From Candidatus Iainarchaeum sp. (GTDB lineage Archaea > Iainarchaeota > Iainarchaeia > Iainarchaeales > UBA10219), in the NCBI GenBank assembly GCA_018304425.1, contig JAGVWE010000006.1:3175-67174 (forward strand): DNA of 64,000 nucleotides, written 5' to 3'. Below the pieces are notes generated by a model. That model saw only the letters and a list, made by a program, of their open reading frames with translations. It searched no databases and had not been told where the DNA came from. Shown here one piece after another: positions 9,546-18,338 of the stretch (its first letter is position 1; the number at the start of each line of letters is the position of its first letter). The translations under genes were made by a program, and so were the position numbers.

Positions 9546-10286
9546 GTGAAAGGGGATGGCATGAAAGGAAAAGCCTGCTTCATTTTGCCGACCTACAATG
9601 AACGGGAAAACGTTGGCAGCGTGGTGCGCGGCGTTTTCGGGGAATGCAAGGCATTGGGCGTCGAGGCCACTGTGCTGGTCGTGGACGACCACAGCCCGGA
9701 CGGCACGGCGGTTGAAGTCGTGAAGCTCCAGCGTTCGTTTCCCCAACTGAAGCTCCTGCAGCGGCCGGCCAAGGAAGGGCTGGGCAAAGCCTATGTTGCC
9801 GGCTTCAAATGGGCATTGGCGAACACGGACTGCGACGTGTTGTTCGAGATGGACGCGGACGGCTCGCACCACGCCGCTTACCTCAAGGACTTCTTCGCGA
9901 AACTGGCGGAAGGCAACGACGTCGTGGTGGGTTCGAGGTACATGCCGGGGGGAAGGCACGAGCAGAGCCCCCTGCACCGCACGCTCATCAGTTACGGCGC
10001 GAATTATCTCATCAAGGCTTTGCTGGCCCTGCCGCTGACGGACGTAACTTCAGGGTACCGCGCCATCCGCCGGGGCGCGCTGGAAAAGCTGGACTTGAAT
10101 GCGTTCAGGTCAAATGGGTATGAGTTCCAACTCGAGCTGCTGCACAAGCTCCATCATTCGGGCGCGCGCATCGGGAAAACCCCGATTGTGTTCACGCCGC
10201 GCGCCAGGGGAAGGTCGAAGATGACGTTCGGGGACATGGCCTCGTTTCTTTGGCTGGCCCTTCGGTTGTGGTTGAACCGCAACTGA
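9546..10286 (+). CDS. Polyprenol/dolichol-phosphate hexosyltransferase-like GT2 (DPM1 family)
   Basis: CFILPTYNERENV, VVDDHSPDGT and DADGSH match the DPM1/AglD-like GT2 signature. 246 aa soluble-type. An alternative ATG start lies at 9561. Confidence 0.85.
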   Translation: MKGDGMKGKACFILPTYNERENVGSVVRGVFGECKALGVEATVLVVDDHSPDGTAVEVVKLQRSFPQLKLLQRPAKEGLGKAYVAGFKWALANTDCDVLFEMDADGSHHAAYLKDFFAKLAEGNDVVVGSRYMPGGRHEQSPLHRTLISYGANYLIKALLALPLTDVTSGYRAIRRGALEKLDLNAFRSNGYEFQLELLHKLHHSGARIGKTPIVFTPRARGRSKMTFGDMASFLWLALRLWLNRN

Positions 10287-11426
10287 CTACTCCTTGGCGG
10301 CAGAAAGCACCGATGCCGCACGCAGGAACTTGGGAAGCACGGCCTCAAGCGCCTTCACCTCACGCCCAGGGAGGGCATCGGAAACAAACAGGCATTCCTC
10401 TTTCACGTCAAATGGATTGTAGCCGTGCATGCCTTTCACCGGCCCGTGGTCGAAGAAGTTGGGGGACAGCACGCGGCCCGGCGAGACGCAGAAGAACTCG
10501 TGGCCGGCCTCGGGCACGCGGTCGAGTTGGAGCGCATTTTTTTCGCGGGTGGACAGGAAGCGACCTCCCTCGACGCCGTTGAAAGCCTCGAAAAGGGCGT
10601 TCCGCTGCGCCTCATCGTTTACCCAAAACCGGGCCATGGTGGAGTCGAGGAAATGCTTGACGCCGTGTAGGCGTTGGAGCGGCTCCCCAATATCGGTTGG
10701 ACCGGTTACCGGGACCATGCCGTGGTCCGACCAGAGGAGGAAGGGCGCGCCTTCTTTTTGCGCGCGGGAAACCAGGCGTTCAATGAGGGCGTCCTGCGCG
10801 CGAAGGGTGGAAGCGAGGGCATCGGGGTCGGGGCCGAGGGCGTGGCCGGAGTGGTCCAGGTCCCAGAAGTGGAAGAAGTAAACATCCTTGTCCAGGGAGA
10901 GGAGCCGTTCGGCGGTGCGGGCGCGTGCGGCGTCGGTGGTGGCCGAGAATTCGAGGGAAACGCCCTGCTCGGTGCCGATGACCGGCCAGTTGTGGCAGAC
11001 GAAGGAGGTGCCTTGGACACGCAGGGAGTCGAAAACGGTGGGCACGGGGAGCGAGCCTGGCTCGGAAATGAATCTTTCCTGGCTGAGCGAGAAGCCGCGC
11101 GCTTTGTTGAGGCCGATGAAGGGCACGACGTTGGTGTGGCCTGCGTAGAAACGCTGGAGGCTGAAGTAGTAGGCGTCAAGCGGCCGCGGCAGGAAGGCGG
11201 AGACGATGCCGCGTATTTTTTCCGGGCCGTTGGCGTAGACGTTGAGTTGGCGGTGCTCGGCAAGCGTCTTACCCGAGTAAAAAGTGGCTGGCACGTTGGC
11301 GTAACCGAAGGGCTTGGGGACCGAGCCCAGGCCGTGCCCGTCGAGGAGGGATTGAAGGAACGGCATGCGCTGCCGCGAAAGGTAGGAAGCGTCAAGGGCA
11401 TCCATCCAGAGGATGAGGGCTTTCAT
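10287..11426 (-). CDS. Alkaline-phosphatase-superfamily enzyme (type I phosphodiesterase / nucleotide pyrophosphatase family)
   Basis: N-terminal WMDALDASYL...ATFYSGKTLAEHRQL and a WDLDHSGHALGPD metal-ligand motif. No sulfatase C/S-x-P-x-R motif. Last gene of a coupled minus-strand operon. Confidence 0.6.
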   Translation of the reverse strand: MKALILWMDALDASYLSRQRMPFLQSLLDGHGLGSVPKPFGYANVPATFYSGKTLAEHRQLNVYANGPEKIRGIVSAFLPRPLDAYYFSLQRFYAGHTNVVPFIGLNKARGFSLSQERFISEPGSLPVPTVFDSLRVQGTSFVCHNWPVIGTEQGVSLEFSATTDAARARTAERLLSLDKDVYFFHFWDLDHSGHALGPDPDALASTLRAQDALIERLVSRAQKEGAPFLLWSDHGMVPVTGPTDIGEPLQRLHGVKHFLDSTMARFWVNDEAQRNALFEAFNGVEGGRFLSTREKNALQLDRVPEAGHEFFCVSPGRVLSPNFFDHGPVKGMHGYNPFDVKEECLFVSDALPGREVKALEAVLPKFLRAASVLSAAKE

Positions 11427-12307
11427 GGGCGTTTCCTCCCAATTACGTAGAAGTGGTGGCTAAGCAGGTATTTGAGGGCGCGTGGCAGGGCCGCTTCAAA
11501 GGCCAAAAGCTGGTCCATGGGATGCCGGCGGGCAAGCAACGCCTCGTTGCCGGCGGGAAGCGCGTCCCACACCCAGGCCTTGGCCTGCTGCCGGCCGAAA
11601 AGGAACTTTATTTTCCCGCGGGTGTGCATGTCGAAGGTATCAAACCAGGGGCAGGTGTCAAAGAAACCGGAGTCAACGATTTCAAGGCCCGCCTGCTTGA
11701 AAGCACGCAGGAGGCCACCAGGCCGCATCCATTCAAAGTAGCCGTGATCCCATGCCTGGCCGTTGGCGGCGTGATAGAACCGGTGGATGAAGTAGCCGAT
11801 ATTCCAGGCATTCTGGTTGGCGACCAACACGTATTTTCGGGAAACACGCGCCATTTCGGTAAGGAGATCCGGGGCGTTGTGAAAGTGTTCGAACAGGCAG
11901 TAATTGAAAACCAGGTCAAACGAGTGGTCTTCGTAGGGAAGGTGGGTGAGGGGCGGCTGCAGGGCATCGAATTTTGCCTTTCTTTTGAGGCCCAGCTTGT
12001 TCCAGAACCTGGCGCTATAGTCCAGGAGTTTTCGGCTGGGGCTTGCCACGGTTACGTTGGCGCCATTGCGTGCAAACAAAACGCCGCTGGCGCCTGAAAC
12101 CCCCATGAGGCCGTCGGCTGGGGCCTCCAGAACGTTGTCAACGTCGTTGGCAATGGTTTTCCACAGGATGCGGTTGAAGGAAAGCCGCTCAAAGGCGATG
12201 CCAATGCCTTCGTCGAAGTCCTGGGGCAGGCTGGGCAGGTTACGGTCCAGGAAACCCTGCAGGAGTTTTTCGTCCCGATTCATAAGAGGTCTCTCTCCAT
12301 ATCCCAT
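11423..12307 (-). CDS. Class I SAM-dependent methyltransferase-like protein (paralog A)
   Basis: GVSGASGVLFA is a motif-I-like glycine loop. A YVLVANQNAWNIGYFIHRFYH block is shared with the gene at 14611..15384. ATGA-type 4-nt overlap with the downstream gene. Confidence 0.65.
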   Translation of the reverse strand: MGYGERPLMNRDEKLLQGFLDRNLPSLPQDFDEGIGIAFERLSFNRILWKTIANDVDNVLEAPADGLMGVSGASGVLFARNGANVTVASPSRKLLDYSARFWNKLGLKRKAKFDALQPPLTHLPYEDHSFDLVFNYCLFEHFHNAPDLLTEMARVSRKYVLVANQNAWNIGYFIHRFYHAANGQAWDHGYFEWMRPGGLLRAFKQAGLEIVDSGFFDTCPWFDTFDMHTRGKIKFLFGRQQAKAWVWDALPAGNEALLARRHPMDQLLAFEAALPRALKYLLSHHFYVIGRKRP

Positions 12308-13287
12308 CGGACGGTGTCATTTAGGGCCTGCTGGAAGGGTATAACGGGTTTATAGCCCAGGAGGCGCTCGGCTTTGGAGGAAGAGTAAACATGGGGGGTA
12401 GTAAAATAGCGCACCGTGTTCACGCCCATGCGGGGAAACCCGGGCAACAGTCGGGCGATAAAGCTCATGGGATACGCGAGGAGGTAGGCGACGAATACAG
12501 GCAGGAAAAGGAGCCTGGCTTTTTTGCCAAGGGCTACTGCAATGGCTTGGAGGTAGGACCGCAACGCGGGTTTTTCCTGGCCTGAAAGGATGAACGTCTG
12601 GTTGCACGCGGCGCGGTTGCCTGGAACGCTGGCCATGCCCCTGACGAGGTCGCGGACGTCAACCAAGTCGAATTTGTTTTTGCCGTTGCCGAAGACCACG
12701 AAGCCCCCCCGGCTAAGGGCCTTGAAAATATTTTTCCGGTTGGAGGAGTCGCGGGGGCCACACACAATGGAGGGACGGAGAATGCAATAACGCGTCTTCG
12801 TCGGCGCGCAAAGGGCTTTCACGAGTTTTTCGGCCTCGGCTTTGGTGCGCGCATACTTGGTTTCCGGTTGGTAGGGCGCGCGTTCGTCAAGCCCGTTGGC
12901 GGGCGTTGGGCCAAGGACGTCAACGGTGCTGCAGAAGACAAACAATTCGACCCCTGCCTTGATGGAGGCCAGTGAGAGGTTGCGCGTTCCCTCGACATTG
13001 GCTTGCCAGAATGCCTGCTCCGGGTAACGCCCTTCGTCGGACAAGGCCGCCAGGTGGAAGACTACTTGACAGCCGGCCACCAGCAGGGCCAGTGCATTCG
13101 CATCATCCAAGTCGCCGGCCACGGTTTGCACGCCGAGGGCTTCCAGGGCCTGCAAGCGGCTGGATGGCCTGGCGAGGCAAACCACGTCATGGCCGCGGCT
13201 ACGCAGTTCTTCGACCAGGTAACCGCCAATGAAGCCAGTTCCACCAGTTACTGCGACTTTCACGCCATCACGCAGTCCTTTAGCCAT
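12280..13287 (-). CDS. NAD-dependent epimerase/dehydratase with hydrophobic C-terminal segment
   Basis: The track ORF 12280..13404 was trimmed to internal Met-40. That gives an MAKGLRDGVKVAVTGGTGFIGGYLV Rossmann start at 13287. The upstream 39 codons overlap the neighbouring gene. Confidence 0.75.
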   Translation of the reverse strand: MAKGLRDGVKVAVTGGTGFIGGYLVEELRSRGHDVVCLARPSSRLQALEALGVQTVAGDLDDANALALLVAGCQVVFHLAALSDEGRYPEQAFWQANVEGTRNLSLASIKAGVELFVFCSTVDVLGPTPANGLDERAPYQPETKYARTKAEAEKLVKALCAPTKTRYCILRPSIVCGPRDSSNRKNIFKALSRGGFVVFGNGKNKFDLVDVRDLVRGMASVPGNRAACNQTFILSGQEKPALRSYLQAIAVALGKKARLLFLPVFVAYLLAYPMSFIARLLPGFPRMGVNTVRYFTTPHVYSSSKAERLLGYKPVIPFQQALNDTVRWDMERDLL

Positions 13288-13298
13288 CGAAACCCTTT

Positions 13299-14609
13299 TT
13301 AGACGAGTTTTTGGAAGAAGTAAAGCACGTAGGCATCGCAGAAGGCCTTGTCGGCTTCCAGCCAGTCTTCCCTGGCAGAGCCGTGGCCCGCGGGCAGGGG
13401 GCATACTTGGCTTATTTTTTTGCGGGCGAGGGAAAGCTGCCGGAGGTCAAGCCCGCCCTCGGCTTGGATGCAGGAAAGGAGGAGGGGTAGGGCCGAAAAC
13501 AACACAAGGTCAGGGGTCGCCGAATTCAGGAGCACACGCGGATGGAACACGCCATGGAACCGGAGGAGGCGCAGGAAGAACAGGCAATTCAGGTAGAAAC
13601 GCGCGAATGGCAGCAGCAGGCTGGCGGGCAGGGTGAAACCCAGACGATGGCGACAGGCAGCGGAAAGGTACGGTTCAAAGTAGGGGGCCTGAACGCGGCG
13701 GGCAATCGCATCCGATAGTTGTTCAGGCGAGGACATCGAGAGGCCCAGCCACTGGTTGGTGAAGCAAAGCGTTGCCTGCAGAATGCAGTCGCGGGCCTCG
13801 AAGAAGAAGGCTGGAGCGTCGAGTTTTTGCGTGAAGTCCGTGTTGTCCTTGAAGGCAACCACCTGGTTCACGCGTTTTGGCAGGTCAGGAAGCTTTTTGG
13901 CGAGTCCGGGAAATTCTTTGGCATAAGATGCGGCAAATGCCTTGGCGCGTGCGGCATGGGTGGACGCGTACGCGCCCTTCAGGAGCAGGAGGGCTTCCGA
14001 AGCCCCCAGAAAGGCCTTGGAACCCAGCAACAGCAGGCCACGTTTCTCGTTGGGGGTGGGGGGCCTCTCAAAGAATTCAATGGAAAAGTATTCGGCAAGC
14101 ATGGCCATGCGGTTGAGCAACAAGCGGAAGCCTTCGGCAAGCGGGAGGGCCCGCGCGGAAAAAGAGGGCAAGTGGTCGAGGAGGTTCACGCCCGCAATGA
14201 CCGTCGAGGCCTCTCTGAGGTCGTAGTACCTGACAAGGGGCAGCACACGCGGGAGGTCGGCTTCGGAGAGGGTTTTCACGTCCAGGTAAAACGTGTTCGC
14301 GTATTTTTCGCGGTCGAAGAAATAGAAGGGCACTCCGTGACTGGGCAGGCCGAGTTCGCTGACGAGCGCATTGGCGATGTGGTTGAGCTCGGGTTCGCTG
14401 ACGCGCGCGTTCGTCACCACGTACAAGTCGAAGTCGTTGAGGGGAAGGATTTTTCCGTTTTCGCGCGTCCAACCGCCTTCGCCGCGGCCGTAGCCCCCCG
14501 CAAGAATGACTGAAACCGCGCCAGGCACGCGTTGAAGGAGCCCTTTTCCGACTGCCTGAACCAGTCGCGCGATTTCCTTGTCGGCTTGGGGGTCTTTCAC
14601 GAACGGCAT
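13299..14609 (-). CDS. Pol-beta-superfamily nucleotidyltransferase-fold protein, about 436 aa, uncharacterised
   Basis: SVILAGGYGRGEGG ... LPLNDFDLYVVTN matches the [GS]-x(n)-DxD minimal NTase signature. A long helical C-terminal region follows. The start at Met-15 of the track ORF removes the overlap. Confidence 0.45.
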   Translation of the reverse strand: MPFVKDPQADKEIARLVQAVGKGLLQRVPGAVSVILAGGYGRGEGGWTRENGKILPLNDFDLYVVTNARVSEPELNHIANALVSELGLPSHGVPFYFFDREKYANTFYLDVKTLSEADLPRVLPLVRYYDLREASTVIAGVNLLDHLPSFSARALPLAEGFRLLLNRMAMLAEYFSIEFFERPPTPNEKRGLLLLGSKAFLGASEALLLLKGAYASTHAARAKAFAASYAKEFPGLAKKLPDLPKRVNQVVAFKDNTDFTQKLDAPAFFFEARDCILQATLCFTNQWLGLSMSSPEQLSDAIARRVQAPYFEPYLSAACRHRLGFTLPASLLLPFARFYLNCLFFLRLLRFHGVFHPRVLLNSATPDLVLFSALPLLLSCIQAEGGLDLRQLSLARKKISQVCPLPAGHGSAREDWLEADKAFCDAYVLYFFQKLV

Positions 14610-14610
14610 G

Positions 14611-15384
14611 CTATCCCTTTTCGGCGAAAACGTAGATGTGGTGTGCGGCAACCGATTTTATGCTGCCCGGCAACCAGGGGTTCTTCTCGACGAACCAGAG
14701 ACGCTCGAAGGTCTTCAGCCATTCGGCGTAGGATTTCGTGGCTGATGAGATGGGCTTGTCCTTGGGGGCGAGGCCGAACTCGCGCTTGGCTTCCTCAAGG
14801 GAAAAGCCGATGTCCGGGATGAGGGGCAGATCGACATAGCCTTGTTCCAGGATGCGGAGGCCGGCCTGGCGGACGAGTCGAGTGACGCCGGCCACGGTTC
14901 GAAGCCTTGCGGAGCCCCGTTCCGCATGCGTGCAAGCCGCCTGGGAAAAGCGATGGTAGAACCAGTGGATGAAGGTGCCGGGGTTCCAGTAGTTGGGAAC
15001 GCAGACGAGGACGTAGCGCTTGGAATGCGCCACCATCTCTTTCACGATGCCGGGCCGCATCTGGGCGAGCGCGAACGACCAGACGAAATCGTATGTGCCT
15101 GGCTTGTCGGTGAACGCGGGCCTTTTCGGCGCTTGCCACTCCTTGGCATAACGCTTGGCCTCGGCATCGTAAAGGGTCACGTCGCATTTGCCAAGCACGG
15201 GGAGGTTATCGTATCCTTTCGTTATTTCGCAGCCATACTCGCAGACTGACTTGAAACCGTATTTGGCGCGCAGGCGGTCGAGCAGTTCGACGACCATGTA
15301 CCGCTCGTAGAGCGTGCCCACTCCTTCGTGGGCGAGGTTCTCGCAAATCCATTTCCGGGCTGCTTCCAATTCCAGTGCATCCAC
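14611..15384 (-). CDS. Methyltransferase-like protein (paralog B of 11423..12307), motif I degenerate
   Basis: Shares a YVLVCVPNYWNPGTFIHWFYH block with paralog A. The glycine loop is degenerate (EYGCEITKG). The GTG start proposed at 15384 abuts the radical-SAM stop at 15387..15389. The track ORF runs to 15480. Confidence 0.5.
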   Translation of the reverse strand: MDALELEAARKWICENLAHEGVGTLYERYMVVELLDRLRAKYGFKSVCEYGCEITKGYDNLPVLGKCDVTLYDAEAKRYAKEWQAPKRPAFTDKPGTYDFVWSFALAQMRPGIVKEMVAHSKRYVLVCVPNYWNPGTFIHWFYHRFSQAACTHAERGSARLRTVAGVTRLVRQAGLRILEQGYVDLPLIPDIGFSLEEAKREFGLAPKDKPISSATKSYAEWLKTFERLWFVEKNPWLPGSIKSVAAHHIYVFAEKG

Positions 15385-15386
15385 CT

Positions 15387-16469
15387 TCAACCAATAACGA
15401 CTTCGGCGGCCACGCTGGCCAGGGTCTTCAAATCGCAGAGCATCGTGGTGTACGCGGCGTTGGCGAGCGGGCAAAAGCATTCCTTGTCCTTGATGCTCTT
15501 GCGGAGCTTGTCTGCCACGGCGTTGAACCAGATGCGTGGAAAATCGTATCCGTGGTCGCGGAGGTTTCCCATGGACTGGGCCCTGACGCAGCAGGTCCAG
15601 ACGTCGCCCTTCCAGTTGATTTGAGCGGAGGCAACCCCCGCCATGCAGGGAATGGCCTGGGTGCGCTTGCGGAGCACTTCCTTGACCATGGCGTAATAGC
15701 GCTTGCGGAAGGCCTGGGTGACCTTTGAGGTCGCCTTGAAGCTTCGGTCGGCGAGCCGGTCCAGCAAGTGGTCGATGGCCGCAGCATATTCCTCTGCGGA
15801 GGGCGTGAGGCCGAAGCCGACCGTGCCGAGTTCGGGGCGTTCCTCCGCGATTTCCGTGATGTAGGAATCCGGTTCGAGGGCCAGCAAGCCGTCACATATC
15901 CTTGGGAATTCCTTGACGTTGTGCTTGGAGATGACCGTGTGGATGCCGATTTCGAGGTTCTTGAATTCCTTTTTGAGTTCCTTGAGGCCGGCCAGGGTTT
16001 CCATGGACTTCTCCCAGTTCCCGGGCACGCCGCGGATGCGGTCGTGCTGCTCGCGCAAGCCATCCAGGGAGAGGTTGATGATTATTTTGGGGTCCGGGCA
16101 GGATTCCAGGATTTTCCGCGTCTTTTCGAGGATGGCCTTGGAGAGGATGCCATTGGTGGGGATGTTGATGATGCCGGGCCGGCAGTGCCTGCACACGCTC
16201 TGGCACATTTCGGGGAGGTCCTTGCGCATGAAGGGCTCCCCGCCGCTCATGGTGACCCAGAACAGGTTGTCGCCAATGGATTGAAAGGTTTTGTCCCATT
16301 CCTCCAGGGAGAGGTCCTGGGTGCCCTTGTTCTTCCAGATGTTGCAGGTCAAACACTTCGAGTTGCAGTAGCCCAGCGTGCTCACGGTCAGGTTAAGGGG
16401 CAGGGTCCTGGGCCAGCCAAGGGCGTGAAAGGCTTTCAAAGCCGGAATCCGCGAAACAGGTTCCTTCAT
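15387..16469 (-). CDS. Radical SAM enzyme with C-terminal SPASM/twitch-like Cys clusters
   Basis: CNSKCLTCN is a CxxxCxxC motif. C-terminal CMAGV...WTCCVRAQ...ECFCPLANAAY auxiliary cysteines follow. The start at Met-12 gives an ATGA overlap with the GT2 stop at 16466..16468. Confidence 0.8.
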   Translation of the reverse strand: MKEPVSRIPALKAFHALGWPRTLPLNLTVSTLGYCNSKCLTCNIWKNKGTQDLSLEEWDKTFQSIGDNLFWVTMSGGEPFMRKDLPEMCQSVCRHCRPGIINIPTNGILSKAILEKTRKILESCPDPKIIINLSLDGLREQHDRIRGVPGNWEKSMETLAGLKELKKEFKNLEIGIHTVISKHNVKEFPRICDGLLALEPDSYITEIAEERPELGTVGFGLTPSAEEYAAAIDHLLDRLADRSFKATSKVTQAFRKRYYAMVKEVLRKRTQAIPCMAGVASAQINWKGDVWTCCVRAQSMGNLRDHGYDFPRIWFNAVADKLRKSIKDKECFCPLANAAYTTMLCDLKTLASVAAEVVIG

Positions 16470-17344
16470 GGAAGTTCCTTGGTAGATTGTAGGGCTTGCC
16501 AATTAAAAGGGTTTTTATGGCCCAAACAAAGGCGTATGCGTGCAAGCAAGCGGGTGAGACCCTCCAAAAAAGCGCACCCCAAGAGCAAGGGGGCTTCCAA
16601 GGGTCTTTCGGCCAGCAAACCATGGACGGCCTGGAAAAGGGGCGCAAAGCGGGTGGTGGAAGGCTGGTATCCGCGCCTGGCCAGCCAGTAGTGGCCCAAA
16701 TGAATGCGAACGCGTTGAGCCAAAATCTCCGATAACGTGTCCGGCCCCTTGTTCCGGACAATGGCTTGCGGGGCATAGGCGACCTTCAAGCCCCTGGCCT
16801 GGAAAAAGGACTCCAGCCAGGCCTCGTCCACCGCCGTATCCGGGGGAAGCTGCTTGACTTGGTTTCGGAAGCAAATCAGTTCCCCTGCCTTGGGCTGCAG
16901 CAGGGAAACCCGGTGATGCATTTCCCACAGGAACCAGGCAAAGTAACCTGAAAGCGTCCGGCGGGGGTTGACCGGAACCGGATGCGCTCCCACCAGGCCC
17001 ACGGCCGGGTTCGCCAGGCAGTCCAGCATCCCGGCAATCGCTCCCGGTTCAAGGAGGAGGTCGGCGCCTGCCAGGCAAACGATGTCGCCGGCACACCGGG
17101 AGAGGCCGAGGTTGACCGCACTGGCTTTTCCGAGTTTCTCCGGCTGGACCACCAACCCGATTTTTGGGTTGGCGGCTTGCGCACGCCGGACTTCCTGCAC
17201 GGTGTTGTCCGTGCAGCCGCTGGCCACGACCACGATTTCTTTCAAGGCATGCGGGCCCAGCCGCTGGGCCGCCACGCTCGCAAGCAGTCGGTAAATGTTC
17301 TTGCCCTCATTGTAGGCGGGAACAACAATGGAGAGGGTAGTCAT
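16466..17344 (-). CDS. Family 2 glycosyltransferase
   Basis: LSIVVPAYNEGKNI and VVVASGCTDNT match the GT2 signature. First gene of the coupled operon. Confidence 0.85.
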   Translation of the reverse strand: MTTLSIVVPAYNEGKNIYRLLASVAAQRLGPHALKEIVVVASGCTDNTVQEVRRAQAANPKIGLVVQPEKLGKASAVNLGLSRCAGDIVCLAGADLLLEPGAIAGMLDCLANPAVGLVGAHPVPVNPRRTLSGYFAWFLWEMHHRVSLLQPKAGELICFRNQVKQLPPDTAVDEAWLESFFQARGLKVAYAPQAIVRNKGPDTLSEILAQRVRIHLGHYWLARRGYQPSTTRFAPLFQAVHGLLAERPLEAPLLLGCAFLEGLTRLLARIRLCLGHKNPFNWQALQSTKELP

Positions 17345-17371
17345 AGGTTCATCCCAGTAAGCATAAAAAAA

Positions 17372-18286
17372 CTAATACGGCCACTGCAAGTCATCCGACG
17401 ATATGACCCGGTAAAACCCGCTTTCCTCGGGCAACTGCCTGGGCCCCGTCCAGGCGTCCAAGAGGCTGCCGAACTGGCGCTGGGGGTAGAGCGGGCACAA
17501 CATCGTTTCGGGCAGGCTGGCCGCAATGCGGTCGGCATTGGGTTTGTCGAACACCACCTGCGCGCCCTCCCCCTTTGAACAGTAACTGAAGCCGTGACCG
17601 GGATACTGGCAACGCGCGCCCTCGCCCAGCCTTGGCACGCAGTCGCTGTCCGCGTAGCAGAGGAGCCGGGACTCGATGCGGAACAGGAAGGCCTGCCGGT
17701 CGTCCACGCACCAGCTGGTTACCTCCACGTCATGGGCCTTCATCTGCAGGGTGTAACCCTTGCCCTTCACGAGGTAGGGCACGAGACCACTCAGCTTGCC
17801 GGCTCCCACAAAGCCCTTGCCTGGGATTGCTTCCGCCATCAAGTCCCCGACTTCGTCGAAGAGCCTTGCCTCCAGCCGCTGGGGTTGCGGGACATACCGT
17901 GCCACGTCGTCCTTGATTCCGGGCCTGAGCTTTACGTGGAGGTCGCCGAGCCACCCGCTTTTCACGGCATTGAAGTTCACGGAATAGCCTTCAACGGGAA
18001 AGGACGCGGTGGTGCAGGCCTCTTCATACCGTTTCTCCATGCGGTAAGCCATGGGGGAAAGATCCAGGGGAACGGGCGCGCAACTACCCACCGCCAAACC
18101 GGACGAGGAACGCGCTGCGGGCAGGGTGGGCGGCAGGAAAAACAGGGAGAGCACGACGTATTCCAGCAGAAGCCCCGGCAACACGTATCCTAAGACCATC
18201 TTCTTCGCGCCTGCCTGGTTGCGCCCCCACCGGAAAACCGCATACGAGGCCGCGACAAAAAAAATGACTTCCAGGAGGATCATCAA
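17372..18286 (-). CDS. Two-TM-anchored extracytoplasmic Cys-rich protein (divergent paralog of 24038..24868 and 26540..27403)
   Basis: Two N-terminal hydrophobic helices and a TTG start. C-terminal DCVPRLGEGARCQYPGHGFSYCSKG resembles the C..P..TCHSYCK knot of the other two paralogs. Confidence 0.5.
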   Translation of the reverse strand: MMILLEVIFFVAASYAVFRWGRNQAGAKKMVLGYVLPGLLLEYVVLSLFFLPPTLPAARSSSGLAVGSCAPVPLDLSPMAYRMEKRYEEACTTASFPVEGYSVNFNAVKSGWLGDLHVKLRPGIKDDVARYVPQPQRLEARLFDEVGDLMAEAIPGKGFVGAGKLSGLVPYLVKGKGYTLQMKAHDVEVTSWCVDDRQAFLFRIESRLLCYADSDCVPRLGEGARCQYPGHGFSYCSKGEGAQVVFDKPNADRIAASLPETMLCPLYPQRQFGSLLDAWTGPRQLPEESGFYRVISSDDLQWPY

Positions 18287-18307
18287 CGAAACCTAGCATT
18301 AAAAACA

Positions 18308-18316
18308 TTTAAATTA
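18308..18316. promoter_or_regulatory. AT-rich tttaaatta element in 52-bp divergent intergenic region, candidate bidirectional TATA box
   Basis: Centred about 27 nt upstream of ATG 18339 and about 26 nt from the TTG start at 18286 on the other strand. Confidence 0.3.
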
Positions 18317-18338
18317 TGTTTCAGGGCCTCGGTTCTTC

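Noticed and set aside
9546-10286. Calling the DPM1-like GT2s (9546, 53465, 55369) specifically AglD/AglJ/AglK
   Set aside because: Family-level signature only. Sugar and lipid specificity cannot be read from sequence here.
10287-16469. anSME (rSAM-SPASM) plus sulfatase pairing hypothesis for the rSAM and AP-superfamily genes of the operon
   Set aside because: The AP-superfamily protein lacks the C/S-x-P-x-R formylglycine motif and resembles the NPP/phosphodiesterase branch instead.
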